Source of the DNA: the human T2T-CHM13v2.0 reference genome, Homo sapiens
Reading direction: 5' to 3' (one strand)
Assembly (NCBI RefSeq): GCF_009914755.1
Contig: NC_060947.1
DNA length: 64,000 nt
How positions within the stretch are numbered: position 1 is the first letter of the stretch; each line of letters starts with the position of its first letter. This document shows, in pieces, positions 43,431-55,346 of the stretch. A program made the position numbers and the translations under genes. Under the pieces are notes generated by a model that was not told the DNA's origin, did not search any database, and saw only the letters and a program-made list of their open reading frames with translations.

Positions 43431-46339
43431 AGAAAGAGTAGTAAGAAGCGGTAGTCGGCACCAAATCACAATGGCAACTGATTTTTAGTGGCTTCTCTTT
43501 GTGGATTTCGGAGGAGATTTTAGATCCAAAAGTTTCAGGAAGACCCTAACATGGCCCAGCAGTGCATTGAAGAAGTTGATCATCGTGAATATTCGCGTCC
43601 CCCTTTTTGTTAAACGGGGTAAATTCAGGAATGCACATGCTTCAGCGTCTAAAACCATTAGCAGCGCTGCTACTTAAAAATTGTGTGTGTGTGTTTAAGT
43701 TTCCAAAGACCTAAATATATGCCATGAAACTTCAGGTAATTAACTGAGAGTATATTATTACTAGGGCATTTTTTTTTTAACTGAGCGAAAATATTTTTGT
43801 GCCCCTAAGAACTTGACCACATTTCCTTTGAATTTGTGGTGTTGCAGTGGACTGAATTGTTGAGGCTTTATATAGGCATTCATGGGTTTACTGTGCTTTT
43901 TAAAGTTACACCATTGCAGATCAACTAACACCTTTCAGTTTTAAAAGGAAGATTTACAAATTTGATGTAGCAGTAGTGCGTTTGTTGGTATGTAGGTGCT
44001 GTATAAATTCATCTATAAATTCTCATTTCCTTTTGAATGTCTATAACCTCTTTCAGTAATATCCCACCTTACTACAGTATTTTGGCAATAGAAGGTGCCT
44101 GTGGAAGGAAGGCTGGAAAATAGCTATTAGCAGTGTCCAACACAATTCTTAAATGTATTGTAGAATGGCTTGAATGTTTCAGACAGGACACGTTTGGCTA
44201 TAGGAAAATAAACAATTGACTTTATTCTGTGTTTACCAATTTTATGAAGACATTTGGAGATCAGTATATTTCATAAATGAGTAAAGTATGTAAACTGTTC
44301 CATACTTTGAGCACAAAGATAAAGCCTTTTGCTGTAAAAGGAGGCAAAAGGTAACCCCGCGTTTATGTTCTTAACAGTCTCATGAATATGAAATTGTTTC
44401 AGTTGACTCTGCAGTCAAAATTTTAATTTCATTGATTTTATTGATCCATAATTTCTTCTGGTGAGTTTGCGTAGAATCGTTCACGGTCCTAGATTAGTGG
44501 TTTTGGTCACTAGATTTCTGGCACTAATAACTATAATACATATACATATATATGTGTGAGTAACGGCTAATGGTTAGGCAAGATTTTGATTGACCTGTGA
44601 TATAAACTTAGATTGGATGCCACTAAAGTTTGCTTATCACAGAGGGCAAGTAGCACATTATGGCCTTGAAGTACTTATTGTTCTCTTCCAGCAACTTATG
44701 ATTTGCTCCAGTGATTTTGCTTGCACACTGACTGGAATATAAGAAATGCCTTCTATTTTTGCTATTAATTCCCTCCTTTTTTGTTTTGTTTTGTAACGAA
44801 GTTGTTTAACTTGAAGGTGAATGAAGAATAGGTTGGTTGCCCCTTAGTTCCCTGAGGAGAAATGTTAATACTTGAACAAGTGTGTGTCAGACAAATTGCT
44901 GTTATGTTTATTTAATTAAGTTTGATTTCTAAGAAAATCTCAAATGGTCTGCACTGATGGAAGAACAGTTTCTGTAACAAAAAAGCTTGAAATTTTTATA
45001 TGACTTATAATACTGCTGTGAGTTTTAAAAGTAAAGCAAAAGTAAACTGAGTTGCTTGTCCAGTGGGATGGACAGGAAAGATGTGAAATAAAAACCAATG
45101 AAAAATGAACTGCTGTGGAGAAGTGTTACATTTATGGAAAAAGAAATAGGAACCTTGTTCATCAAATTGATAGAAAAGCTTTTAAAACTAAACAAATCAA
45201 ACAACTTGAGTATAATGGAATTCAGACTTTGATTTGCCTAACATAACCACCATATTTGCAAGGACAGCTCTCTATCTTCTGGTGTTTATTCTTAAAAACT
45301 TAAAAGTTAGATTTAGCGATCACCAGAGCCACTACTTTTATGCTTAGGTATTTGTTTGACTTAGAAAAAATTGGTCACGTGTACCACTTTATAGTGCCCT
45401 GCAGGTGTTAAGATATGAAGGCACTTTGACTTACACCTCATAAAATCTTTACAAAGTATTTTCTAAATGAATAATGATGAAATAAAGTCTTTATTCTAGG
45501 TGCATCTGCCCCACATAATTTGTTTTCTTTGGACTAGAAGTTTTGATGTGTTGAGAATGGTAATGAATTAACTCCATTTTAAATGTAGAATGCGTATCAC
45601 TCCAATATGAATGCCCTAATGAATCCTAAGATTTGTAGGTTTTGTGTACTAGTATGAAAATTACTAAAGATGGAAAAATCACATGTTGGAGACATAAGAT
45701 ACAAACCTTTTTGTTTTCTGAAAATACAACCTCTGATTTCTGATTCCTTGTTGTAATATGGTGTAATTATACTAGATTGTAATTTTGTTGTTAGATTATA
45801 CTTTTTTAAGTTCAGTGTTTGAGGACAGACTTTCATTTGGTTAGTAGTATTATGGCAGCTAGCAGCTAAATATGATAAAGTGTACAATCAAAAGGATATT
45901 TTTAATGAAGATATTAGTGGTCTAACATGTCATTTCAGATACATAGCTGAAATGTAGTAAAATCAGTTTTACTACAAATAAACTTGCATAAGGTTTATAA
46001 ATTTATAAGTTTATAAATCAACTTGGGTAAAGTGTAAATAAACTTGCACTCGTGGTTTCTCTGAAGTCTCCTGAGCTAACTTTGCATAAAGGTGTTATTC
46101 TGTACTTCGAGGAAGTGAATTATTGGGGTCAACCACATTTTTTTTCCTTCCTACAGTCTGATTGCCCTTTTTAGTTTTTAGGATCTTTGTGGCTGCATCA
46201 TTTTTCCCCTTTTGAACTGTGCATTTTCTAACCCCATACTTAAATATTCTCATAACCTCCAAATTATTAATTAGATGCAACATTCAGTGGTATATTACTG
46301 GAGTTTCTGATTTCTGCCCACTATAGGAATGTGCTTCCT

Positions 46340-46535
46340 GAGAAGATTGGGATCGTGATTATAATAATAGTTAACAGGGGATGAGTACTTTCTAGGTGCC
46401 AGGCACTGTTCTCTCTGATACTTTATTTGATGTATTGTTGTTATTCCCATTCTTTAAATGATGCACAGAGAGGTTAGGTAAGTGACTTACTACCAAGTGT
46501 CAGGGCCATTAAGGGTCAGGATTCTGAATTCCTGA
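46340..46535. mobile_element. MIR SINE
   Basis: GTGCCAGGCACTGTTCT...GCACAGAGAGGTTAGGTAAGTGACTT. Confidence 0.7.
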
Positions 46536-47201
46536 AATGATGAAATTTAGCTTGAAGAAATTGGTTTGATTTCCTGCTTAGTTTTCAATTTCATGGTGGT
46601 CTTTGATTGTATTTTGTGCTATAACACTGCCTTAGCATCCTATAACTATAGTTACAGTGTTATATTACCATTTTTTATTGTTAATACAAAGCCATCATGA
46701 AATAATTCAGTTTATGTGCCAGCTTTTTTTGTTACTAATTCTTGAACCTTGGCGCTGTACTTCTTCATGTGGATGCCTGTTAAGGAAAGATAAAGTTAGA
46801 AATCTTTGACCCTGCTAGGAAATTTGTCTTTGTTATATTGGGAGCTCATAAAACTGAAGTATTCAAAAGTTAGAATACATACACACAAGAAAAATTAGTA
46901 ACTAATTTAATAATGTTTTCTTTGCACATGTCTCTGTTGTCTTTTGGTCAGAGTGAAGCTAAATGTGTTTTTCACATAATTTGTAGCCTATATGAAGTCC
47001 TGGACATGTGGTATGGTTGGAAGGACTGTTGATGAGGTTTATTGTCTCTCTTTATTCTTTTATGTTGTTAGTGTCCCCATACAACGGGGCGGGGGGAGTG
47101 GGGACAAAATGATAACTTGCTTTATATATGAAGCCTTGGGTTTGAATCATACTGTTATCACATTTCCTATGTCCCTATCCTGTCTCCTGCAGGTTTTCTT
47201 T

Positions 47202-47680
47202 CTTGGTTTTCTTTTTTGGTTTTCTTTCTTCCTTTCTTCCTTTCTTTTCCTTTCTTTCCTTTCTTCCTTTTTTCTTTCCTTTTCTTTTTTCCTTTCTTTC
47301 CTTCATTTCTCTCCTTTGCTCCTTTAGTTTGTTTCTTTGTTTCTTTGGTTTGTTTCTTTGTTTCTTTGGTTTGTTTCTTTGTTTCTTTAGTTTGTTTCTT
47401 TGTTTCTTTGTTTCTTTCAACAGGTCTCACTGTCGCCCAGGTTGGAGTGCAGTGGTGGGATCTCAGCTCACTGCAACCTCCACCTCTCGGGTTCAAGCCA
47501 GTCTCATGCTTCAGCCTTCCGGGTAGCTGAGATTACAGGCATGTGCCACCATTCCTGGCTATTTTTTGCATTTTTAGTAGAGATGAGGTTTCGCCATGTT
47601 GGCCAGGCTGATCTCAAGTTATCTGCCTGCCTCAGCCCTCCAAAGTGCTGGAATTACAGGCATGAGACACCGGGTCCAGC
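47202..47680 (-). mobile_element. Alu (AluS/J-like, 47421-47680) with ~220-bp tail-derived pyrimidine tract containing a 4 x 21-bp minisatellite
   Basis: TSD GCAGGTTTTCTTT at 47189-47201 and 47686-47698. Unit CTTT(A/G)GTTTGTTTCTTTGTTT at 47322-47405. Confidence 0.88.
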
Positions 47681-48329
47681 TTCCAGCAGGTTTTCTTTAG
47701 GAGGGATATTTTACAATGCTGTAAGTTTTTCCTAACGAGAATTATCATAGCACTACATGTTCTGTCTTCAGTAAGTGATACAAGCTTACTGATGATGTTG
47801 TAGTTATGTTCATTGGTGGTCGGGTGTACATTGAAACTTTAACACATAATAGCCTCTCCTGTGAGCAGTGGTTCCTGTTGGTAAGATACTTTACTAAGGG
47901 AAGGAATGTGAGGTGTCGCTGGGGAGAGTTTACCCAAATAAGGATGGACTTTCTGTCTTTGTTTCATCAGTCCTGGTAATAGAATGTTTGAATAGATAGC
48001 TCTAGGCATTACATACTTTCATAAATATGATTATTGTAATTACCTCTTTGGCCCAGTTGCTAGTAAATTAGGGACCCCTTAATGATTTATTTCCTGTTTA
48101 TTCACCCTGATGAAGAACTTGTATCTCTTTTAAACTGTACTTTATCGCCTTTCTCAAATTCCAAGATTCTCATCACATTTTTTTTCTTCCCAAACTCTAA
48201 ATAACCTTTTAATATTAAGTATCTTTGTGGAAACATTGTTTTCTTTTTCTATCCCAATTTTTAAAGCTTTTTTAAAAAAAAGAGTGCTTTTGTTGGGATG
48301 TACATTTTCCAAATGCAAAAGCATTTATG

Positions 48330-48570
48330 ATTCTGTGTCTCTTATAAAATATGACACTCTCTACTTTTCTCTCATTTATTTAGTGCCACCTATGTGTGTA
48401 ATTTCATTACCCACAGCAGTCTTAGGAGGCTGGTCGAGTTCCTTATTTGCAGATGAGGAATCTGAGGTCCAGAGATCACTTCTTGGTGAGAGTCTCACAG
48501 CTATTAAGTATTAGAGCCAAGATTTTGAACGTAGGTCTGATTCACAGCAAAACCGTTAACCACTAAGTAC
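48330..48570. mobile_element. MIR SINE
   Basis: TTTGCAGATGAGGAATCTGAGGTCCAGAGA...AGAGCCAAGATTTTGAAC..AGGTCTGA. Confidence 0.75.
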
Positions 48571-49210
48571 ACTGACTCCAGTAAGAGCCCTAGTCCTCAC
48601 CCAATACACTTTAATTCCCCTGTGCATTCATTCAAATTCATTGAATTTGCTGCCTTTGGAAACCTCTCAGGAACCTCCTCAACCTCTCTTCTCTACAGAC
48701 ATCAGCTTTGCCTGATAGGTAGGGATCATAGCAAAACACAGTTTTCCAAGGTGGTGATAGGTGGAGTGATAGTGCTCTGGAGATGGCCAAAGAAGGAAGG
48801 TATGAGTGTATCTGTGGGTGGGTGAGTGGTGGATAAGGGGAAGGACAGAGCCAAAAGCGACGGCTATTGGAAAAACTATGATGAGAAACAGGAAGATGGA
48901 ACCTTGTTGGAATTAGTGAAAGACCTTAGAATTCACAGGAGGTATTTGTCCTTCACGCGAGTGTAGACCAAACGTAACCTATGAGTTTCTTTTATTCCAC
49001 TTATTAAAGCAGCAACCAAAGGTATTATATACCTTCTGTATTCACTTAAAATGACTGATTTTGAAAAAGTCATGCAAACATCCATTTACAGATAAGCCTC
49101 ATTAACTCAAAGGCAGTGGCCCTGTTGGGCTCTGATGATTACTCAAACCATTTCTGACACTCTGACACTACATCCGGAAATCATCCGGAAATGCATTCAG
49201 AGCCTGCAAA

Positions 49211-49213
<3 letters not shown>

Positions 49214-49254
<41 letters not shown>
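49214..49254. repeat. Pure T41 homopolymer
   Basis: Counted directly. Confidence 0.95.
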
Positions 49255-49255
<1 letters not shown>

Positions 49256-49464
49256 AATAGCTACAGCACTTGCAGATCTTCCTCCTTTGAGAGAATATTT
49301 GATTTTAGGAAATAAGCAAATGTAGATAAGTATGATTCAACTGGGCAATAACTTTTAGGCAAAGAGAAAAAAACAAAATATAGCAATGTAGTAATAAGGC
49401 TGATATTATAGTGCTTTTATGATGAGTCTGAAAACAGTCTCCAACATTTGTAAATGTTTTAAAT

Positions 49465-49616
49465 CGGGTCTGTCTACTACAGTAGCCCTTAAGCCATATG
49501 TAGCTATTGAGCACTTGACATGTTGCAAGAGTGAATTGGAGACTGATTTTAATTTTATTTAATTTTAATGTAAGTAGTCGCACATGACCCGTGGCTACTA
49601 TGGTAGATGGCATAGT
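49465..49616. mobile_element. MER3-like hAT DNA transposon fragment
   Basis: TAGCC..TAAGCCATATGTAGCTATTGAGCACTTGA.ATGT...TTTTAATTTTATTTAATTTTAAT...GTGGCTAC. Confidence 0.75.
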
Positions 49617-50779
49617 TTTAGACAAGGGCAGTAGTCTTGGGTAGATACTTGATTTACTTAGAACATTTCTTTACCTAGCTGTAACAAGGTTCTAATAGCT
49701 GATTAAAGGACAACATTTTTAGCATGTAATATACAGTAAGGAACTAATGTTAATTACTGCCAAGATGTATAAACATTATGAAACCTTAAACAAGGATGAA
49801 CACAGAAGCAGTGGCCCTTCTTTGTAAATAAGGGGTCAGTTACTTCCTAATAGGTGTCTTAGTTTTAGTTAATAATCTAATAGCACCCCCAAAAAGCAAA
49901 CTGTTAATTTGTTATTAGCCATCCTGTAAAGACAAGGGAGAAATCGGGGCCAGGAGAGTCCTCTTTCCCATTCTCCATAATTTTTACGACCTATAGAAAT
50001 AAGAGCCTAAGAGTGACCAGTTCCTGCAACCTAACTCAAAATTAGGCCTCTCTGTTGAAGTAATAGTGAGGCAAACAATCCCTTGAAGCACTGGGGCATG
50101 CACCCTTATGAAATCTAATAATTCTAAAATATCATTGGCAGTATTAAGCTAGAGTTCTCAAAATATGCTGTAGAAAATATTGGTCATTTAAATATAGCTG
50201 AGTAAAAATAAGCAAGATCAAAATGATAAGAAAATGTTGATTTCTCCCCTTTTGAACCAGTAACTAACTATAAGGGTATATACCCATGCTTAACTTAAAA
50301 ATAATTATTTAGCCACCTTGGGTATAGCACAACATATGGATGCCATTATAGTCCACCTTGATCTTACAAGGAAGCTTTCTTTTAGCGTAGCTTTACTTTT
50401 ATTTAAGCATTATTGAAGAAGCTTGGTATCTCTGTTTAAGTTGCTTCTGTATCAGTGTTTTCCAGGGCCCTGTCTCAGCTTCCATAGTTTTTCTTAAGAG
50501 CAGCTAATTAATGCTTCACTCCATATGCTTTAATTTGATATTTTGGGAAGTTTCATTTTTTAAAATAATCTTTTTATATCATAGGCCTTTGAAGACATAT
50601 TTGTTTACAAAGACATCTGCATTGAACCATTTGTTTTTAAAAACATGTATCGGGCATGTTCTATATACCAGAAACTATGCCATTTACTGAGGACACCGAA
50701 GTTAGAGAATGGTCTTAATCCGAACTAGTTATTGTCTCACTATCCAATATGGATATCAAACATTCAGCGTCATGAGGAT

Positions 50780-50985
50780 TTACTACTGTGTTTTCTCCCA
50801 AGAGTTTTATAATTTTAGCTCTTATATTTAGGTCTTTGATGCATATTCATTGATTTTTTTTTGTATGCAGTATGAGGTAAAGGTTGAAACGTATTCTTTT
50901 TGCATGTGGGTGTCCACTTGTCCCAGCTTCATTTTTTGAAAACACTATGCTTTCCCCATTGAATTGTCTTGGCTTCTTTGTTGAC
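50780..50985 (-). mobile_element. Old L1 ORF2 fragment
   Basis: TTTTAGCTCTTATATTTAGGTCTTTGAT...TTTCCCCATTGAATTGTCTTGGC. Confidence 0.75.
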
Positions 50986-52137
50986 AAAGGATTTATTATT
51001 TCTGCCACAACCCAGCTGTTTCTCACTGTCTAAACCTTTATGCCTGCTGCCCCGTAGGCTTAGTGGAATGCCTCTCCATCCTCCACTCTCTTTTGTTTAG
51101 CTAGTACTTCCTTATCCTTTAAGGGGTCAGTAGGAACCTCACCTTCTTCAGTATGTTTTCCTTTGTCTTATCAACCTACCACCATCACCCACACACATAC
51201 CTTTTCCCTAAGGCTGGGATAGGAACCTCTTAGGCAATGATCTATTTGATAAGTACTCACTGAGTTCATACTAGACACTCTGCAGTATATCCGTAAATGA
51301 AGTAAAACCTGACACCACCCTCAGAAAACTTACTGTTAGTGAGAAAATGGGCTATAATAATAGAGTGGGGTAAGTTTATTGTAGGGATAAGCATAGGATG
51401 CTATGAGAATGCAGAGGACAGGAATTTAACCTAGACTTCTCAGTTCTCCCGTTGAAGTTGACATCTGAACTGAAATCTGGAAGACCAGTAAGAGATAGCT
51501 ATGTAAAAAGAGGGGAAGGACAATAGGAAAGAAGGAATGGAGAGAGGCCCAGAAACTACAGAGTATGGCACAAGTAGTTTAGCATTGTTGGGTCACAAAT
51601 TCTAAGGATATGAAAGATAAAGTTGAAGAAGTGGTGGGGCTGGGGAGGACAGCTCCTGTAGAGCCTTTTACAGCGGGAGAAGGAGTTTGGCTATGGTCCT
51701 GCAGGCAGGGAGAAACCACTGAAGGGGAGAAACATACAGAATAAATTTGAGTAAGAAGCTTAAATCTCCCCAAGCCCTTTTAAAATAAATTAAGATATAA
51801 AGCCTTTGGGTTTCTTTATGCTTTGTCCTATTCTTCTAATTGTCCAAAACAAAACAAAAACCTTCCTTTTCTGTACCTATTAAAAGGTTAATTTTATAAA
51901 GTTACAGACAGCATGCTGATTAAAGAATTCTTGATAATTAGCTATTTTGTTCTGTCTTTGTGTAGATTACTAACAATTGTGTCATCAGATTTAAAAGATC
52001 TAAACCTCTGGACTTTATATATTTTTTCTACAAGTACTGTGAGATTGAGAACTTAATTCAACTCTAGTAACTGGACTTTTTAGTGTTGTTTGCAGCATAT
52101 GATTGTTAAAGAAAGTTTAGTATATTTGTGTGTGCGT

Positions 52138-52168
<31 letters not shown>

Positions 52169-52607
52169 TGAGGTTATATTTAATCATTGACTATTGGTAT
52201 TCTAAGATTTTAAGGAGAGAAAGGTAGGTTACAATATATGGCTGATATATGGTTCTGGAACAATTTTCTTAGTTTTCAGTAATTCTACCTAAAATGTACG
52301 TCCAGCTTTGCACTCACTACCACATTGTAATTTCCAGTATACTTGTCTATTTTTCGAGATGTTGAAATCTGTGGAGAATTTTTTCTCATGTTTAGTGTTT
52401 TAGCTATGTTTATCTCTAGGGTATAGCACATACAAGGTGGCAATATAGATGTGCTTAATGAATAAAATGATCTTCAAAAACTGACCTTCATTTGAGGTTC
52501 TATTTTATTCATAAACACATAAAACGTTTGGTATCACTGTAAAATTTAACTAAAAACAAAAACTATCTTTAAGCTCACAAGTTAATTTAACGTTTTTTCT
52601 TACACAG

Positions 52608-52660
52608 GCATTTGTAAAGGATGTTCATGAAGATTCAATAACAGTTGCATTTGAAAACAA
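52608..52660 (+). CDS. FMR1: FMRP exon 2, 53 nt (Agenet/Tudor 1)
   Basis: TTTTTTCTTACACAG|GCA...AACAA|GTAAGT; AFVKDVHEDSITVAFEN(N). Confidence 0.98.
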
Positions 52661-53449
52661 GTAAGTGTCTCGTTATATAATTTTAATGATGAGGTTCTTT
52701 AATATTTTATGCTAATTCTACTCTTCATTTTTTAAAAATTCAAGTCCAGTTTGAGTGCTTTTCAGGAATGGATCTTCATGTTACTGACTGAGAAGTTTCT
52801 GAACAACTCAGTATTAAACTAATGGAATGACTGTTTCTGCTAATGTCCTGGAGGTCCCTTATTGTATGGTATTGATCCTTACGTCTTAATTCCCTTGAAT
52901 GTGAAGAAAGAAACCAGAGAGTCTTGTGTATTAGTAACTGGAAGTTCGCACAGGAGTATTTGTAAATTTTAAAAAGATAGTAATGAAAAGATTCATGGGT
53001 ATTGCTAAAAAGTTGTATGTGAGTTCTTTAACATTAAATCTAAAACTGATGGTTTTAGTTGTCTAGTATATTTTATGGAAACAGTCATGTTTACCTATTA
53101 TCTGATTTTTTTTAATGTTTCATATGTTCAGCAATAGCAGTAGCTGATCTTTTCTGTTCTCTTTTGCTAGATGAAGAAATAAAAACAGTCATAGGCCTAG
53201 GAATATTAACTGTATGAAAGCATCAATAGTATAGATGTTAACATTTTATTGGAGAACACAAGTCTCTTGACTAAATGTTTTGAATGCTAATAAAGGCTAT
53301 TTTCAGGGTAGCTGTTGGTAAGATTGTAAAGTACATATAAACTCCTTAGTCAAAGTGTAGATGTGGCTATGATCTTAGGATTTTACTAAACTCTGATGGA
53401 TGGTTAACAGTTATCATTTTTTTGGCTCTTATATACCAAGAAAATTAAT

Positions 53450-53690
53450 AATATATCAAAAGCAGGCTGCAAATCTATAGAGACAGAAAGTAGATTAGTG
53501 ATTGCTTGTGCTGGGGCTGGTGGGGAGAACATAGCTAAAGAGTACAGGATTTTTGTGTGTGTGGCAATGAAAATGTTGTAAAATTGACTGGTAATTATTG
53601 CACATAACTGTAAACCTTCTATAAACCATTGAATTGTACATTTAAATTGATGAATTATAATGATATGTGGATTATGTCTGCTAAAATGTA
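53450..53690 (+). mobile_element. L1MB/ME-like 3'-end fragment
   Basis: AATCTATAGAGACAGAAAGTAGATTAGTGATTGC...CCATTGAATTGTACATTTAAA. Confidence 0.8.
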
Positions 53691-55140
53691 GTATGTGACC
53701 CAGGCATACTGAGCAATAAATACACACATCTTGCTTCTAAAGTTTAAAACCAGGCCTGTGTTTCAGTGTCTAGAAAATATATTTCATAATTGAACTTAGC
53801 AGATTCTTTTGGCTAGCAACAGGACAAAGTAGTATCCTTAGATGCCTGAAACACGTGTAGGGGGACAGAGATAAAAGGATTAAAAGCATCTAACCCTATT
53901 TCTGGCTCTGGACTAATAATCGCAGACCAAAATACAAGTTTGAATAGTAGAATACCTTTCCCTGAATACATAAAGCCAAAAGTTTTAGTATTTGTCTCTT
54001 CGCTGTTTCATATATCCATGGCTATGCAATAGACAACAGCATCACACCAACAGAGGAATCTTTGATAACTTGGAGGGTATTTTTTTCTTACAATTATACA
54101 CTTTATCTACTTACTTACATCACTAGGTAAATGCTGTTTCCCATAAAGGGAGAGTTGTCTTTATTTGCTACTCTTTTAGTTTTTCCTGTAGTCTATAATC
54201 TAAAGTGTTAAGCAAACACTCATTTCCTCTATGCATTTAAGAATTTGTCTAGTTTATACATTGATTTATTAGATCACTTCTTTTTAATTTTCAATCAGAT
54301 TTCTACCATAAACTTAAAATTATTTCATCTTTGGACCTTCCAATTATTTATCTCCTGTACCATATCTGCATGAAAGTTTCTCTTCAAGCTCTTTGTCATC
54401 CTGGGAGTTTGAAATAGATCATTGATTTTTCCTTGTGTTCATGGAGTATGTTTGCAATACAACACTGGGTTTGAGCACATCAATAGGATTTAATAGGTCT
54501 CCACCAAAGTAATCTCTTTGCCCTTCCTTGTGTGTTTCCTTTTTGGTTTTCTGTTAGAAACAAAACGAAAACAGTGTTTTGTAAAACACCAGATTGTATT
54601 TACCCTTTCTTTCCTTTCAATCAGGAAGAAGCTCCTGTTACTGATAGCAGATTGTTTTAGGTGCTTTGTTTTTAGGTGCTTCCTAAACCTTCCATAAAGC
54701 ATAAAGGTGTTTTCATATTTCACATTTTTTAATAAGGAATTTGAATTTTTATCTGTATACACTTAAAATCATTATTTTTTCCTTGGAACCATTGAGTTAT
54801 ATATTATTATATGCTTTAAAATCAAATTTAGCAATGAATGTATAACATCTATTAGGTGTGTATAATAACTCAGAGGAGGGTTCAGTTAATTTAGGCCCTA
54901 ATCAGATTTCCACAAATTCTGACTTAATATTTGCCCGCTTATATAACAGCTCTTCTTTAACAAAAACAAGTACTTTTCTCAATAGAATTTTACTAAGAAA
55001 GCTCTTTAGTAAAACATCGACATTATACATACAACATATCTCAGTATCTGCTGATGAAGAACACCAAAAAGAACCCAGATGTGACTGCTCCGGAAGTTGA
55101 ATCCTCAGTATTTTTGCAAAGTTTGTCTTTCAGTATTTTA

Positions 55141-55143
<3 letters not shown>

Positions 55144-55174
<31 letters not shown>

Positions 55175-55203
55175 TATATATATATATTTTTTTTTTTTTT
55201 TTT
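55144..55203. repeat. FRAXAC2 compound microsatellite (GT)15 C (TA)6 T17 at the tail of an antisense AluJ (to ~55487)
   Basis: 12.4 kb downstream of the CGG repeat, in intron 2. Flanks GACTGCTCCGGAAGTTGAATCCTCA and GACAGGATCTCACTCTGTCACCTAG match the recalled FRAXAC2 amplicon. Confidence 0.88.
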
Positions 55204-55205
55204 AA

Positions 55206-55346
<141 letters not shown>

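Larger units (their letters stand above)
41960..43460. promoter_or_regulatory. FMR1 CpG island (promoter, exon 1, start of intron 1)
   Basis: Very high GC/CpG content. Sites: NruI 42296, EagI 42395, BssHII 42411, SacII 42201/42471, XhoI 42775. EcoRI sites at 39960 and 45218 give the 5.26-kb fragment and ~2.8 kb with EagI, as in the diagnostic Southern blot. Confidence 0.95.

Noticed and set aside
45970-46050. Repeated AAATAAACTTGCA and TTTATAAA palindromes
   Set aside because: Short and very AT-rich; compatible with chance or trivial slippage.
46992-47530. Overlapping F/S/L-rich and K/E/R-rich ORFs
   Set aside because: Translation of the low-complexity Alu-tail tract and its 21-bp repeat.
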